Assembly (NCBI GenBank): GCA_963663275.1
Contig: OY760183.1
Coordinates: 2,976,001 to 3,040,000, forward strand
Source: Chloroflexota bacterium
Lineage (GTDB): Bacteria > Chloroflexota > UBA11872 > VXOZ01
Reading direction: 5' to 3'
Length of the DNA: 64,000 bases
Position numbers and translations under genes: made by a program
Part shown: positions 1-10,500 of the stretch, piece by piece
How the letters are laid out: every line of letters starts with the position of its first letter
How positions within the stretch are numbered: position 1 is the stretch's first letter
Notes under the pieces: generated by a model
Database searches by the model: none
The model's input: only the letters and a program-made list of their open reading frames with translations
Told to the model about the DNA's origin: nothing

Positions 1-982
1 TTTGCCGGCCGGCAAGCATATTGCTCGGAGGAAAGTACCGAAAGAAGAGAATACCTGAGAGCAAGGTGGTAAAGTCCACGTCGAAGAAGCCCGCAGACAC
101 TGTTTCACCATGGGGCATGATGCCATGCACCCGGCCCAGCTCTTCCCAGTACTGAAGGCCCCGCAGTGCAGCCGGGTCAGTCAGGCGGATGGCGCCGGAA
201 TCGAGGTCGATCACGTCTTTGTCCAACTCTTGCAACACGAACGGCAGCCAATTTACGAAGTATTTGTTCGGATTGAAGCCCCACGCATCCACTTTGCCGT
301 CATTATCAGAATCCTCAGTCAGCCGCTGGGCGGCGCTGACGAACTCCTCGCGGGTCCAGCCCTCTTCCGGTAAGGCTATGCCGGCTTTGGTAAACTGATT
401 GTGGTTGTACCGCGCCACGCCGGCCTCCAGGGCAACGGGCAAAGCCATTGTCTGGTTGCGATAGCGCATCAACTCTAGCGCAGTGGGGAGAAACTTCCCC
501 AGCGGTTCGCTGCGATCCTGCTGGAGAAACCGGTCGAGCGGCTGGACCAGACCGCTGCGCAGCACCCAAGGGATATCGAAGAAATAACTGCCCATCAGCA
601 GGTCCGGCGGCGTGCCCGCGGCATCGTGCTCGGTCAGAAAGCTTGCTAGTGTCGCTTGAGCTCGTTCAATAAGAACGAGCGGTTCCCGGGTTGACGCTAC
701 GTTAATCCTGACACGCTGCAACTGTACGTCTGCGGGCGCGTCTGGGACCGCGCCTTCGTTCCACCGTTCGATGGCGTCCCCGACGGCATTGACATGCTGA
801 TCCTGCATCGCGGCCAGCCGCAGGGTGACCGGCGTTCGCGACACCTTAGGTACCGTGGCCTGTGTGGCCTCCGGCGCTGCGCGCGGCTCTTCGGCAACAT
901 TCTCGTCATCGCCGCCGCAGGCAGCCAACAGCAGCACTTGGGCGCCAAACACAGCGCCACCAAGCATTTCACGTCTGGTCAT
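1..982 (-). CDS. Extracellular solute-binding lipoprotein (carbohydrate ABC SBP family), runs off left edge
   Basis: Manually translated (absent from ORF track): MTRREMLGGAVFGAQVLLLAACGGDD..., twin-Arg plus lipobox, GGAGG RBS at 991-995; colinear with the 1159-2652 paralog (QPLDRFL, TMALPV, WTREEF, DSDNDGKVDAWGF). Confidence 0.8.
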   Translation of the reverse strand, partial: MTRREMLGGAVFGAQVLLLAACGGDDENVAEEPRAAPEATQATVPKVSRTPVTLRLAAMQDQHVNAVGDAIERWNEGAVPDAPADVQLQRVRINVASTREPLVLIERAQATLASFLTEHDAAGTPPDLLMGSYFFDIPWVLRSGLVQPLDRFLQQDRSEPLGKFLPTALELMRYRNQTMALPVALEAGVARYNHNQFTKAGIALPEEGWTREEFVSAAQRLTEDSDNDGKVDAWGFNPNKYFVNWLPFVLQELDKDVIDLDSGAIRLTDPAALRGLQYWEELGRVHGIMPHGETVSAGFFDVDFTTLLSGILFFRYFPPSNMLAGRQ

Positions 983-1158
983 CAGAAATTCCTCCGCTAC
1001 GCTATTTGGAGCCACTGACCACCGGCAGCATCACCGGCACGCCAAGTTCGTCATTGAACCGGTTTTGAGTCGGAATTGGCGCCAAAACAAGCAGGAATCC
1101 GTCGCCCGTTGCCGCCCATTTATCCAAAAGCAATGGCGCCGGCGTGCTGCTATCTCGG

Positions 1159-2652
1159 CTACTGATTCACATAGGCTTGCAGCCAGTTCTGCGCTTCTTG
1201 AGCGGCTTGCTCAACCGCCATCTCACCGCGCGCCAGCGGCAGTGACAGCTTCTCGAACAGGTGGAAGAGCGCCATAGCGCTACTGCCAAGCGGCGATGGG
1301 CGGGCAGTTTCCAATACGTGGTACGCAAGCTGCCGTTCATCTTCCGGCAGCATGAGATTGAGGTAGCCGGATTGCGGATTCTCGATGTACTGCTGACCGG
1401 AAATCACCGGCGGCAGTAAGAAGCGCTCGCCGAGGTAGATTGCCAGCGGCGCCAGCGCCTGATACGACAAGGCGGTATCGCGGGCGCCGGCGGGAATAGC
1501 CAAGGTAGCGCCCAACAATAGTGGCGTAACGTCGTGAGGTCCGGCGGGCAGTGGGGCTTGCTTACCCGTAGAGATGCTGGCGGGAGACGAGAAGTAATAG
1601 AAGAACGTGCTGGGATGCCGGTACCAGAACTCAAACCGGTAGAGATCCGCCGTCACATCGGCGCCATGGGGCATGATGCCGTGTGTTCTCCCCAAGTCGT
1701 CCCAAAAACGTAGGCCGCGCAGGGCCGCCGGATCCATAAGTCGCACTTCGCCGGTATTCAGGTCTACCACGTCCCGGCCCGTCTCCTGCAAGACGAACGG
1801 CAGCCAGTTCATGAAATTCCATATAGGCCGAAAACCCCAGGTATCGATCTTGCCGTCGTCGTCGGTGTCCTGCGTGAGCCGCGCGGCAGCGGCGATGAAT
1901 TCATCACGGGTCCAGCCGTTGTCCGGCGCCGGCAAGCCCGCATCTTCGAAGTGCTTGGGGTTATACCGCGCTACGCCGGCCCCCACGGAAACGGGCAAAG
2001 CCATCGTCTGGCCCCTGAAGCGCACCAATTCCAAGGCCGCCGGCAAGAACCGCGCCAATGGATCGTTGCCGTCTTGCCGCAGAAGACGATTATCAAGCGG
2101 CTGGATGATGCCGCTGCGGAATGCCCAGGGGAAATCAAAGAGACGATTGACCATGAGCACGTCCAGCGGCGCGCCGGCAGACTCCCGCTCGGCTAGGAAT
2201 GCCTGAACACGCTCTTGTACGTGTTCGGTAGTCTCCAGTGGCCCGCCCCGCGAAGATATTTGAATCCTGAGGTGCTCGAGCCGGATGTCCGCAGACGCGC
2301 CGGGTAACTCGCCCCGGTTCCACTCATCGATGGCTTTGCCAATCACAGCGCCGAATTCAACCAACATCGAGGCGACCGTTAGCGTTGTCGGCTCGCGCGC
2401 CGGCGGCGCCCCGGACTGCGGCGCGGTTGGCGCGGCGCGCGGCTGCTCCGCGTCCTCCTCGTCATCGCCGCCGCAGGCGGCCAGCAGCAGCACCTGCGCT
2501 CCCATGAGCGCGCGGCCGAGCACTGCCCGCCGCGTTAATGACAGTCTCGCGGTCCGCGGGTCTGCCGCAGTCTCCGGCACGCCTGCCGCAGTTCCCGGCA
2601 CACTTGCCGCAGTCTCCGGCAAAGTAGAATCAGAAAATCGCACCGCAGCCAT
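1159..2652 (-). CDS. Extracellular solute-binding lipoprotein (carbohydrate ABC SBP family)
   Basis: TRRAVL...LAACGG Tat/lipobox; IQPLD, GQTMALP, YNPKHFEDAGL, WTRDEF motifs of sugar-type SBPs. Confidence 0.8.
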   Translation of the reverse strand: MAAVRFSDSTLPETAASVPGTAAGVPETAADPRTARLSLTRRAVLGRALMGAQVLLLAACGGDDEEDAEQPRAAPTAPQSGAPPAREPTTLTVASMLVEFGAVIGKAIDEWNRGELPGASADIRLEHLRIQISSRGGPLETTEHVQERVQAFLAERESAGAPLDVLMVNRLFDFPWAFRSGIIQPLDNRLLRQDGNDPLARFLPAALELVRFRGQTMALPVSVGAGVARYNPKHFEDAGLPAPDNGWTRDEFIAAAARLTQDTDDDGKIDTWGFRPIWNFMNWLPFVLQETGRDVVDLNTGEVRLMDPAALRGLRFWDDLGRTHGIMPHGADVTADLYRFEFWYRHPSTFFYYFSSPASISTGKQAPLPAGPHDVTPLLLGATLAIPAGARDTALSYQALAPLAIYLGERFLLPPVISGQQYIENPQSGYLNLMLPEDERQLAYHVLETARPSPLGSSAMALFHLFEKLSLPLARGEMAVEQAAQEAQNWLQAYVNQ

Positions 2653-2787
2653 GCGGCACCTCCTTGTTCGAACACCTTACTCCGAGAGTGGAGTAACCCC
2701 CTCATTCGAGTATGTAACGATTTGAGTACGCAGTCAAGAGGAGAGAACTGGTCGAGGGCGTACTGCTGCGGCTTGAGCTTGCCTATT

Positions 2788-3004
2788 GAGAATTGTGCAT
2801 AACCCCTTTCCCCACTGAGGAGGGCCGACAGGAGTATGTAAATGTCATTCCGAGCGGAGCGAGGAATCTAGAAGTGCTGGATTTGCGAGTCAACGCTCTA
2901 GATTCCTCACTTCGCTGTGCTCCGTTCGGAATGACAAGTGAAATCGACTTTGGAGCAAATGCACCTGTCAGCCCTCGATGGGGAAGGGGTCTTGCAAGGG
3001 TCTC
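2788..3004. mobile_element. MITE-like palindromic element, family B (GAGACCTTTGCA-type ends)
   Basis: Imperfect terminal inverted repeats gagaattgtgcataacccc / ggggtcttgcaagggtctc enclosing nested inverted arms (gacagg/cctgtc; gtcattccgagcggagc/gctccgttcggaatgac). Confidence 0.6.
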
Positions 3005-3039
3005 TTTAATGAGCTGATCGAGGTATGAATTCTGTGGTC

Positions 3040-3332
3040 AGCTTCACGTGTCATTCCGAGCGGAGCGCAGCGGAGAGAGGAATCTAGAGTGGTGAGCCTG
3101 ACAAACTCCGCGCAGCATGGATTCTAGATTCCTCGCTCCGCTCGGAATGACATTTATGTACCCCTGTCAGCCCAGTGAGGGGAAAGGTTGGGATGGGGGC
3201 GAAGAGGATTGAAGTCTGGCTGATTCTAGTTGTACATGCGGTCTGGATTCCGGCTTTCGCCGGAATGACGGAAGTTTGCAGCCGGAATGATGCGCGCATG
3301 CAGCCGGAATGACGGCGTTATGTAAAACCCTC
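3040..3332. mobile_element. MITE family B copy, left end degraded
   Basis: Same module order as 28757-29072: GTCATTCCGAGCGGAGC hairpin, cccctgtcagccc, ggttgggatggggg, GGATTCCGGCTTTCGCCGGAATGAC, gttatgtaaaaccctc. Confidence 0.6.
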
Positions 3333-3334
3333 TT

Positions 3335-4762
3335 CTAGGCGAGCGGCAAGGTGAATATAAAGCGGCTGCCTTCGCCCGGCGCGCTCTCGACGCGGATCGT
3401 GCCGCCGTGGGCCTCCACCAACTGCTTGGCGATGGTCAGTCCCAGCCCCGCGCCGCCGGTGCTGCGGGCGCGGGAAGGATCGACGCGGTAGAGCCGGTCG
3501 AACACGTGGGGCAGGTCTTCAGCGGGAATGCCCTCGCCGCTGTCGGCAACCGTCACCGCGGCCATCTCCTCCCCTTCTTCGATGGCAACGTCGATGCGCC
3601 CGCCGGGCGGCGTGTGCGCAACCGCGTTCTGCAGCAGGTTGTTCATCACCTGCTCGACGCGCGTGCGGTCTACGTTCGCCTGGCGGGCCGGCTGCGCGCG
3701 TTGGCCGGCCCCAGCGTCCCACGCAAGCGTAATCTCTTTTGCCTGCGCCTGGGGGCGGAACGCCTCCACCGACCGCGCGACCACCTCGTCAAGCGCCATT
3801 GGGTCTATGTCCAGGCGAAAGTCGGCCGCCTCAGTCTCCGCCAGCAGCCGCAGGTCTTCAACCAGTTTGGAGAGGTACATCGTCTGCCGGTGGATATTCC
3901 CGATGGTCGCCTCATCAGCTTCCAGCACGCCGTCTCGCACCGCCTCCACGTAGCCGCGAATGTTGGAAAGGGGCGTGCGCAGTTCGTGGGCTACGTCGGC
4001 CACCATGTTGCGGCGCTGCCGTTCGGCGCTCTCCAGGCCCGCGGCCATGGCGTTGAACGTGCGGGTCAGTTCCCCGATTTCGTCGCGCCCGGTCGTTCCC
4101 GTCACTCGTTGCGAGAGGTCGCCTTTTCCCAGCTTCTGCGCCGCCGTCGTCAGCCGGCGCACCGAGCCCAGCATCCGGCGCGAGAGCAGCGACACCAGCA
4201 CGATGCCGCCCAGACCCGCGCCCAGACCCGACCACAGCAGCGACTGGAAAGCCGTATCGGCAAACTGCCGCAGCGAGGGTTCCTGAATCTCACGCCACGA
4301 CTCTTCACGGCTGGGGGAGCCTCCCGGACCGCGGTACGGCCTGAAGGTGGGCCGCGATGCCGCGGGCCCGACCAGGACGTAGCCAATGGGCTCGTTGTCC
4401 AACAGAATGCGCGCTTTGTGGTAGTGCCGTTCCGCCCGGCCTTCAGTCCCGTTCAACCACCTCGTCGCCACCAGCAGACCGCCGTCTTCGTCCAAGACGG
4501 CGATGTCGCGCCCGGTCAGATAGCTCACGCGCTCCACAACGCCCGCGACGCCGCTCCAGCTTCCGCCTCCGCTTACGTAGTAATCCGTAAACGCCTCATG
4601 GATTCTGGCGATCAAGGTCTCATCGGCGGCGACGCGCAGCTCTCGCACCTCGCGTTGCGCCGCGAAGTTGCTGTACGTGCCCACCGCCGCCAGTGCCAGC
4701 AGGAGCACGGCGGCAAAACCGGCGATGAGCCGAAACTGAAGGCTGAAGAACCACTTAGCCAT
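3335..4762 (-). CDS. HAMP-domain sensor histidine kinase (BaeS-like)
   Basis: Two TM segments, HAMP ([14 protein letters not shown]), H-box [10 protein letters not shown]-box NLLQNA, G boxes DSGEG and GAGLGL; start placed at MAKWFF. Confidence 0.92.
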   Translation of the reverse strand: MAKWFFSLQFRLIAGFAAVLLLALAAVGTYSNFAAQREVRELRVAADETLIARIHEAFTDYYVSGGGSWSGVAGVVERVSYLTGRDIAVLDEDGGLLVATRWLNGTEGRAERHYHKARILLDNEPIGYVLVGPAASRPTFRPYRGPGGSPSREESWREIQEPSLRQFADTAFQSLLWSGLGAGLGGIVLVSLLSRRMLGSVRRLTTAAQKLGKGDLSQRVTGTTGRDEIGELTRTFNAMAAGLESAERQRRNMVADVAHELRTPLSNIRGYVEAVRDGVLEADEATIGNIHRQTMYLSKLVEDLRLLAETEAADFRLDIDPMALDEVVARSVEAFRPQAQAKEITLAWDAGAGQRAQPARQANVDRTRVEQVMNNLLQNAVAHTPPGGRIDVAIEEGEEMAAVTVADSGEGIPAEDLPHVFDRLYRVDPSRARSTGGAGLGLTIAKQLVEAHGGTIRVESAPGEGSRFIFTLPLA

Positions 4763-5459
4763 TGTCAACGCCGTCCCAGGCGCTGAAGCGGTAGCCCACG
4801 CCATAGACCGTTTGAATGCGGTCCGGGCCGTCCGGCGGCCGGATCTTGCGCCGTAGATTGGCCACGTGGGCGTCTACCGTGCGGTCGAAACCCTGGAAGT
4901 CGAACCCAAAGACGCGGTCGATGATCTGCTCGCGGGAGAAGGTGCGCTCCGGTTCCTTGATGAGCATGACGAGGATCCCGTACTCCGTCGGCGTTAGCGA
5001 GGCCGTTGCGCCATTAGCGTAGACCGTGCGCCGGTGCAAGTCCACAGTCACGCCGCTGTGGGCAATCTCCGCCGGCCCGCGCTCCAGCGCGTCCGCGGCT
5101 GTTCTGCGGAGCACGGCGCGGATGCGCGCCGCCAGTTCCCGGGGACTGAACGGCTTGGTCACGTAGTCGTCCGCGCCTAAGTCCAGCCCCCGCAGCCGGT
5201 CCTCTTCCTCTACCCGCGCCGTCACCATCACCACCGGCACGGTGGACTCCTGCCGCAGGGCGCGGCAGACCTCGATGCCGCCCAGCCTGGGCAGCATGAG
5301 GTCCAGCACCACCAGGTCCGGCCGGGCGTTGCGGGCCAGGCGCAAGCCCTCGACGCCGTCATGCGCGCTGAGAACCTTGTGCCCGTCCCGCTGCAAGTAG
5401 AGGCTGACCAGTTTCACGGTGTCCGGATCGTCTTCGACAATGAGCACTGTGCTTGCCAT
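4755..5459 (-). CDS. OmpR/PhoB-family response regulator
   Basis: [24 protein letters not shown]-terminal winged helix [13 protein letters not shown]...TVYGVGY; start placed at MASTVL. Confidence 0.93.
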   Translation of the reverse strand: MASTVLIVEDDPDTVKLVSLYLQRDGHKVLSAHDGVEGLRLARNARPDLVVLDLMLPRLGGIEVCRALRQESTVPVVMVTARVEEEDRLRGLDLGADDYVTKPFSPRELAARIRAVLRRTAADALERGPAEIAHSGVTVDLHRRTVYANGATASLTPTEYGILVMLIKEPERTFSREQIIDRVFGFDFQGFDRTVDAHVANLRRKIRPPDGPDRIQTVYGVGYRFSAWDGVDNG

Positions 5460-5605
5460 GCGTTCCTCTCTTCCTGGCGCTTGCTTCCAGACCGCGCGGC
5501 GCAAACGAGCGGAGGGGCGCTTCAACCGGCTCCTGTTCCGTCGCTCCCGGCTACCCTTAAGTCTAGCAGTAACTTTGAAGGAAATATGAAGACGGCGGGA
5601 TAGAG

Positions 5606-5653
5606 CGAAACCCCCGGCAGTCACCGCGCGTACGGCGCCTGCCGGGGGTTTCG
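5606..5653 (-). terminator. Strong hairpin, probable terminator after the 5714-6460 gene
   Basis: cgaaacccccggcag ... ctgccgggggtttcg perfect 15-bp stem. Confidence 0.55.
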
Positions 5654-5713
5654 TTGACAGCGTTGGGTCCGAAGCGCCTTTGAGGCGGCATGCGGCGCCG
5701 TTAGACCGCCTAG

Positions 5714-6460
5714 CTAATTGTCATCGTCGTCGTCAGCGTCGGGGGCCGCCGCAGGTGTGGCGGAGGCCGGCGCCGGGGCGGTTTGATCCTTGTCAGGCCC
5801 GATGCCCTTGAAGTGGAAGTATCCCCGCTGGATCGAGTGCCGCTGGCTCCACTGCCAGCCAAAGCCCCGGCCGCGGTCGAAGCCGCCGCCGCTGCGGAAG
5901 CGCTCCATCTGCGCCGCGTACCGCTCGCGGATTTCGCCGGCCTGCTCCTCGGTGAGCTGTCCGTCCTCAACCAGAGCGTCGAGGTACTGATCAAGTTGCT
6001 CTTCGGCCATGCCCGGCATCATGCCCATCTTCCCCTTGGACGGGAAGCCGCGACCGTCGAATGAGTGGCCCCGTTCCCAGCCGCCCTTCTTGTCCCAGCC
6101 GCCTCTCTTGCCCCGCTCGTGGCCGCCGGCCAGCCAGAAGGAATCCGGCCGCGCCGCGTACCACTCGCGGAGTTCGTCCGCCTGCTCCTGGGTGAGTTCG
6201 CCGCTCTCGACCAAAGCGTCCAGCTTCCGGCCGACTTGCTCTTCGAACCTTTCGTCCCGCATTTCCCGGCGGGCTTGGTCGAAAGCATCCTGTACCTGTT
6301 GCTCTTCCAGCCCCAGAATGTCGGCAACGCGGGTGATCAGCCCGCGTATGGGCTTCTCGGCGCCGTTTCCGTTGTCCTGCGCCAACACGGCCCCGCCGCC
6401 GACGCCGACGACCAACGCCAGCGCGGCGAACAGCCCGATAAGCCAGTGCTTCTTCCTCAT
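5714..6460 (-). CDS. Secreted helical protein with an internal duplicated motif, accessory to the two-component system
   Basis: Signal peptide ending VLA-Q; two copies of LDALVExGxLTxEQAxExRExYAA separated by Gly/Arg/Met-rich linkers. Confidence 0.7.
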   Translation of the reverse strand: MRKKHWLIGLFAALALVVGVGGGAVLAQDNGNGAEKPIRGLITRVADILGLEEQQVQDAFDQARREMRDERFEEQVGRKLDALVESGELTQEQADELREWYAARPDSFWLAGGHERGKRGGWDKKGGWERGHSFDGRGFPSKGKMGMMPGMAEEQLDQYLDALVEDGQLTEEQAGEIRERYAAQMERFRSGGGFDRGRGFGWQWSQRHSIQRGYFHFKGIGPDKDQTAPAPASATPAAAPDADDDDDN

Positions 6461-6596
6461 GTAATTCCTCCTGTATGCTGCACGCGGTTCATTCCGCCTC
6501 TGATTCGAGCGTAACGGAGGAATGTAAAGGAATTGCGAACAGGAAACGGAAACCCAAGGAAAGGGAGTCTAAGCGCCAGGCGCGCTTCCCGCCCAC

Positions 6597-7054
6597 GTAG
6601 CCCTGGGGCTTGTCCCCCGCAGCCCGACCGCTATCCGCAACCTTCTGGCCCCACCACCGTAGCGCGGGGGCTTGTCTCCCGCTTCCCGACCGCTATCCGC
6701 ATCCATCTGGCCCCGCTACCGTAGCGCGGGGGCTCGTCCCCCGCTTCCTGACCGCTATCCGCGACTATCTGGCCCCTCCACAGTAGCCCGGGGGCTTGTC
6801 CCCCGCTTCCTGACCCCTATCCGCGACTATCTGGCCCCTCCACAGTAGCCCGGGGGCTTGTCCCCCGCTTCCTGACCCCTATCCGCGACTATCTGGCCCC
6901 ACCACCGTAGCCCGGGGGCTTGTCCCCCGCTTCCTGACCTCTATCCGCAACCATCTGGCCCCACCACCGTAGCCCGGGGGCTTGTCCCCCGCTTCCTGAC
7001 CGCTATCCGCAACCATCTGGCCCCACCACCGTAGCCCGGGGGCTTGTCCCCCGC
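6597..7054 (+). repeat. Tandem array of 8 GTAG-type REP palindromes (REP-A), 62-bp period
   Basis: GTAGC(C/G)CGGGGGCTTGTCCCCCGC at 6597, 6659, 6721, 6783, 6845, 6907, 6969, 7031 with near-identical linkers. Confidence 0.9.
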
Positions 7055-7112
7055 AGCCCAGCCGTAAACGGCAAACATCATGCCGCCCCACCACTGCGCG
7101 GAGGCTCGTCCC

Positions 7113-7299
7113 CAATGCTGTCGCACTTACCTTCCCGGTCAGGAGCATGGCGTTTCCAGTGAACCGCGTCTCCGGTAGCGCAGGTTCGCGCGGGAAGTGC
7201 GCATAACCTGCGTCTTCTGTAGGGTCAATCCATTCCGTAAGCACTTCTCTTGTTCCGGCGGGGGACAAGCCCCCGCGCTACGTTAACGCGACAGCATTG
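7113..7299. mobile_element. MITE family A (IS4-type ends) carrying an internal REP-A
   Basis: caatgctgtcgca ... gcgacagcattg ends match the IS at 42017-43210; flanked by REP half-sites. Confidence 0.75.
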
Positions 7300-7367
7300 G
7301 GGACTAGCCCCCGCGCTGCGTCGATGCGATTAACCTCTCATTACAAAGGCGTAGGGGCTACAAAGGC

Positions 7368-7395
7368 GTAGGGGCACGACATGTCGTGCCCCTAC
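7368..7395. repeat. GTAG-type palindrome REP-C
   Basis: gtaggggcacgacatgtcgtgcccctac perfect palindrome; identical copy at 50227-50254. Confidence 0.7.
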
Positions 7396-7513
7396 GCCGC
7401 GATACAATCAACAAAGAGCCCTTCCTCCGTAGAGGAAGGGCTCTTTAGATACCCACATTTCAGTCCCGGCGCCTGCGGTCAAGCGCACAACGGCCCGCCC
7501 GCCGCGCCAGTCG

Positions 7514-10500
7514 CTATTCCGCCACCTCCACCCGCTCAATCGCGGGTTTCCGCGGCGGCCTGCGGCGGAACAAACCGGGTACGCTCTGGTTGGCGAGCGT
7601 ATAGACCACCGGCACCACCAGCAGGGTCAGGAACGTCGAGCTTACCAGCCCGCCGATAACCACCGTCGCCAACTCCGCGCCCAGGATGCCGCCGGAGTCC
7701 TCAGAGAACGCCGCCAGCGGAATGAGCGCAAAGCTCGTGGTAATGGCGGTCATCAGGATGGGCCGCAGCCGGACGCGACCGCCCTGCATCAGCGACTCGA
7801 AAACGCTCAAGCCGCGCTCCCGCAACTGCTCCACGAACGACACCAGCACTACCGCGTTGGTGACGACGATACCGATCAGCAGCAGAATGCCCATCATGCC
7901 CGGCAGGCCGAGGGAGCGTCCCGTAATTGCCAGCGCCGCCAATGCGCCTATCAGCGCCAGCGGCAGGCTGGTAACGATCACGAACGGATTGCGCAGCGAG
8001 CCGAGACTGGCGACCATGACCAGATAGACCAAGACCACGCCGACGGCCATGGCGATGAAGATGTCCTCGAAGCCCTCTGTAATCTGCGCAAAGACGCCGG
8101 CGTTCGTCACGGTCACGCCCGGCGGCAGGTCGAGCGCGTCGATCTTCTCCTGGATGATCTCGCCGACAGCCTGCGTGTCGTCCACCGTAATGTCGCCGCT
8201 GATACCCGCGGAGCGCAAGCGATCGGTGCGCCTGATCGCTACCGGCCCCGCTTCCACCTGCACCGAGGCAATGTCGCTCAATGGAGCAATGCCCGCCGGA
8301 CCGGCAATCATCAGCGCTCGGATGGTCTCAACGCTATTGACCCGGTCGGCAGGCCCAGTCAAGATCACGTCTACCGGCCTGCCGTCAAGCGCAACCTGGG
8401 TAACCGTCTGCCCCACCAGAAACTGGTTGATCTGAAATGCGACCGTCTGGGCGCTCAAGCCCAGCGCCGCGGCGCGTTCCGGATCAACGTTGACGATCAC
8501 CTCATCCCGCGCCTCGCTGACGTCGCTGCTGACGTCCTCGATGCCGTCGATCGTTGCCAACTCTTGCGCGAGTTGACTGGCCAGCGACGCGATTTCGTCA
8601 TAGTTGCTGCCGGTTATGCGAATCTCCAACTCGGCGGCGGGCGGCCCGCCGCCCACGTCCGCAATGGTAATCCTGCGCTCTGCCGTCGTTGGCAGCCTCT
8701 CGCGGAGAATATCAACGATGTCTTCCGGCACGTCCTCCTTCAATTGGACGAACGTCGAAGATTCATTGAACCCTGTCGTAAAACTCTGCGCTGAGGCGCC
8801 GGCGGCGGCGCCCATGGAGGTGTAATAGATGTCCGCGAACTCACTAATCTGGCCCTCCAAGAGGTCCACCTCCGCCAGGGTCGCTTCGGCCTGCGTGCCG
8901 GGAGGCAACTCCATGTTGATGGTGACGAACTGGACCCCGCCGGAAGAGAAGAGGTTGACGGGAATGAAGCGCAGCAGCCCAAAGCTGCCCCCGGCGATGA
9001 CGATGGCCGCAAGCAGCGTGAGCGCCTTGTGCCCCAGCGACCACCGCAGCATGGGCACGTAGATGCGCTGCATCCAGGTGTCCGTTTCAGGAATTTCCTC
9101 TCCCTCGCCGACGCCCTCGGGCAGATCGCCCGGCCGCAGCAGGTACGCTCCCAGCACGGGCACGGCCGTGAGCGCCACTATGAGCGATGCAATCAAGGCA
9201 AAGCTGACGGCAAGGGCAAACGGGAAGAAGAACGCCCCGACAAGCCCCTGGATGAACGCCAACGGCGCGAATACGACGATTGTCGCCAGCGTGGAGGCGG
9301 TGATTGCGGGGCCAACTTCCACGGTCGCCTCAAGCGCCGCCCGCCAGCGATCCCTGCCAAGTTCGATGTTGCGATAGACGTTCTCCAGCACCACGATGCT
9401 GTCGTCCACCACGCGGCCAACGGAAATGGCCAATCCCCCCAGCGTCATGAAGTTCAGCGCCAGGCCCTGCCAATTCATCAGCAGCACGCCGGTGAAGATG
9501 CTGAGCGGAATCGAAAGGACGATTACCAGGGTCGGCCGCAAGGTTCGGAACACGCCCCGGAACACACTGGGGCGCACGGTCAGGAAGAAAGCAAAGACCA
9601 CGATGGACGCCAGAGTAAGACCCAGAACCGCCTCGCGCTCCAGCGTATCAATCTGCGCCTGGATCTGGGGGCCGTCGTTGTAGACGATGACAACCTCCAC
9701 GCCCTCCGGCAGGTTGTCCAGGCCCGCCAGCGCCTCTTCCACGGCGGTCGTGACGTCGATCGTGTTGGCGTCCGGCTCCTTGTAGATGGAAACGCCGATG
9801 CTGGGCGTGCCGTTCGTGCGCGAGATGCTGCGCGCCATGCTCGCGCCAAGCTGCACCTCGGCGACGTCTCCCAGCCGCAACGGCTGCGGCGCGGCCCCGG
9901 CCTGCGACGGCGCGCCGGCGAACGTGCGCGGGATCACCAACTGCCTCAGTTCCTCCAGCGATCCGAACCTGCTCGTCGTCTTTACCGGCAGCGCCTGGCC
10001 GTTGCTCGTTATCGCCCCGCCGGGAAACGTAATGTTGTTCTCCCGCAGCGCCTGGGAGACCTGGAACAGCGAAATACGCTCCTGCAACAGCCGGTCCGGA
10101 TCTACCGTAATGAGGATCTGCTGCTGCACGTCTCCGATGACCTCGATGGACGCAACGCCGTCGATGCCGGATAACTGCGGCAGAATGCCGTCCTCCAGAA
10201 TGGCCTGCAACTCGGCGGTTTCTCTCTCTCCGGTCACGCTGATGCGAATGACGGGGATGGAGTCCGGGTCTATGCGGCCGACATCCGGCTCATTCACACC
10301 GTCAGGAAAGCTGATCCCACTGACTCTGGAACTGGCGATGTTCTCCGCTTCCTCCATGTCGGTGCCGAATTCGAAGGTGGCAACGATGATGGATAGGTTC
10401 TCCGTGGACGTGGACTGGATCGTGTCCAGGCCGTCCATCCCGGCAATCGCATCCTCCACCGGAATCGTGACGTTTTCGGCGACCGACTCCGGATTCGCCG

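Noticed and set aside
6597-7054. Possible CRISPR array (24-bp palindromic repeat, 38-bp spacers)
   Set aside because: Spacers are near-identical, the repeat is dispersed throughout the window, and no cas genes are present
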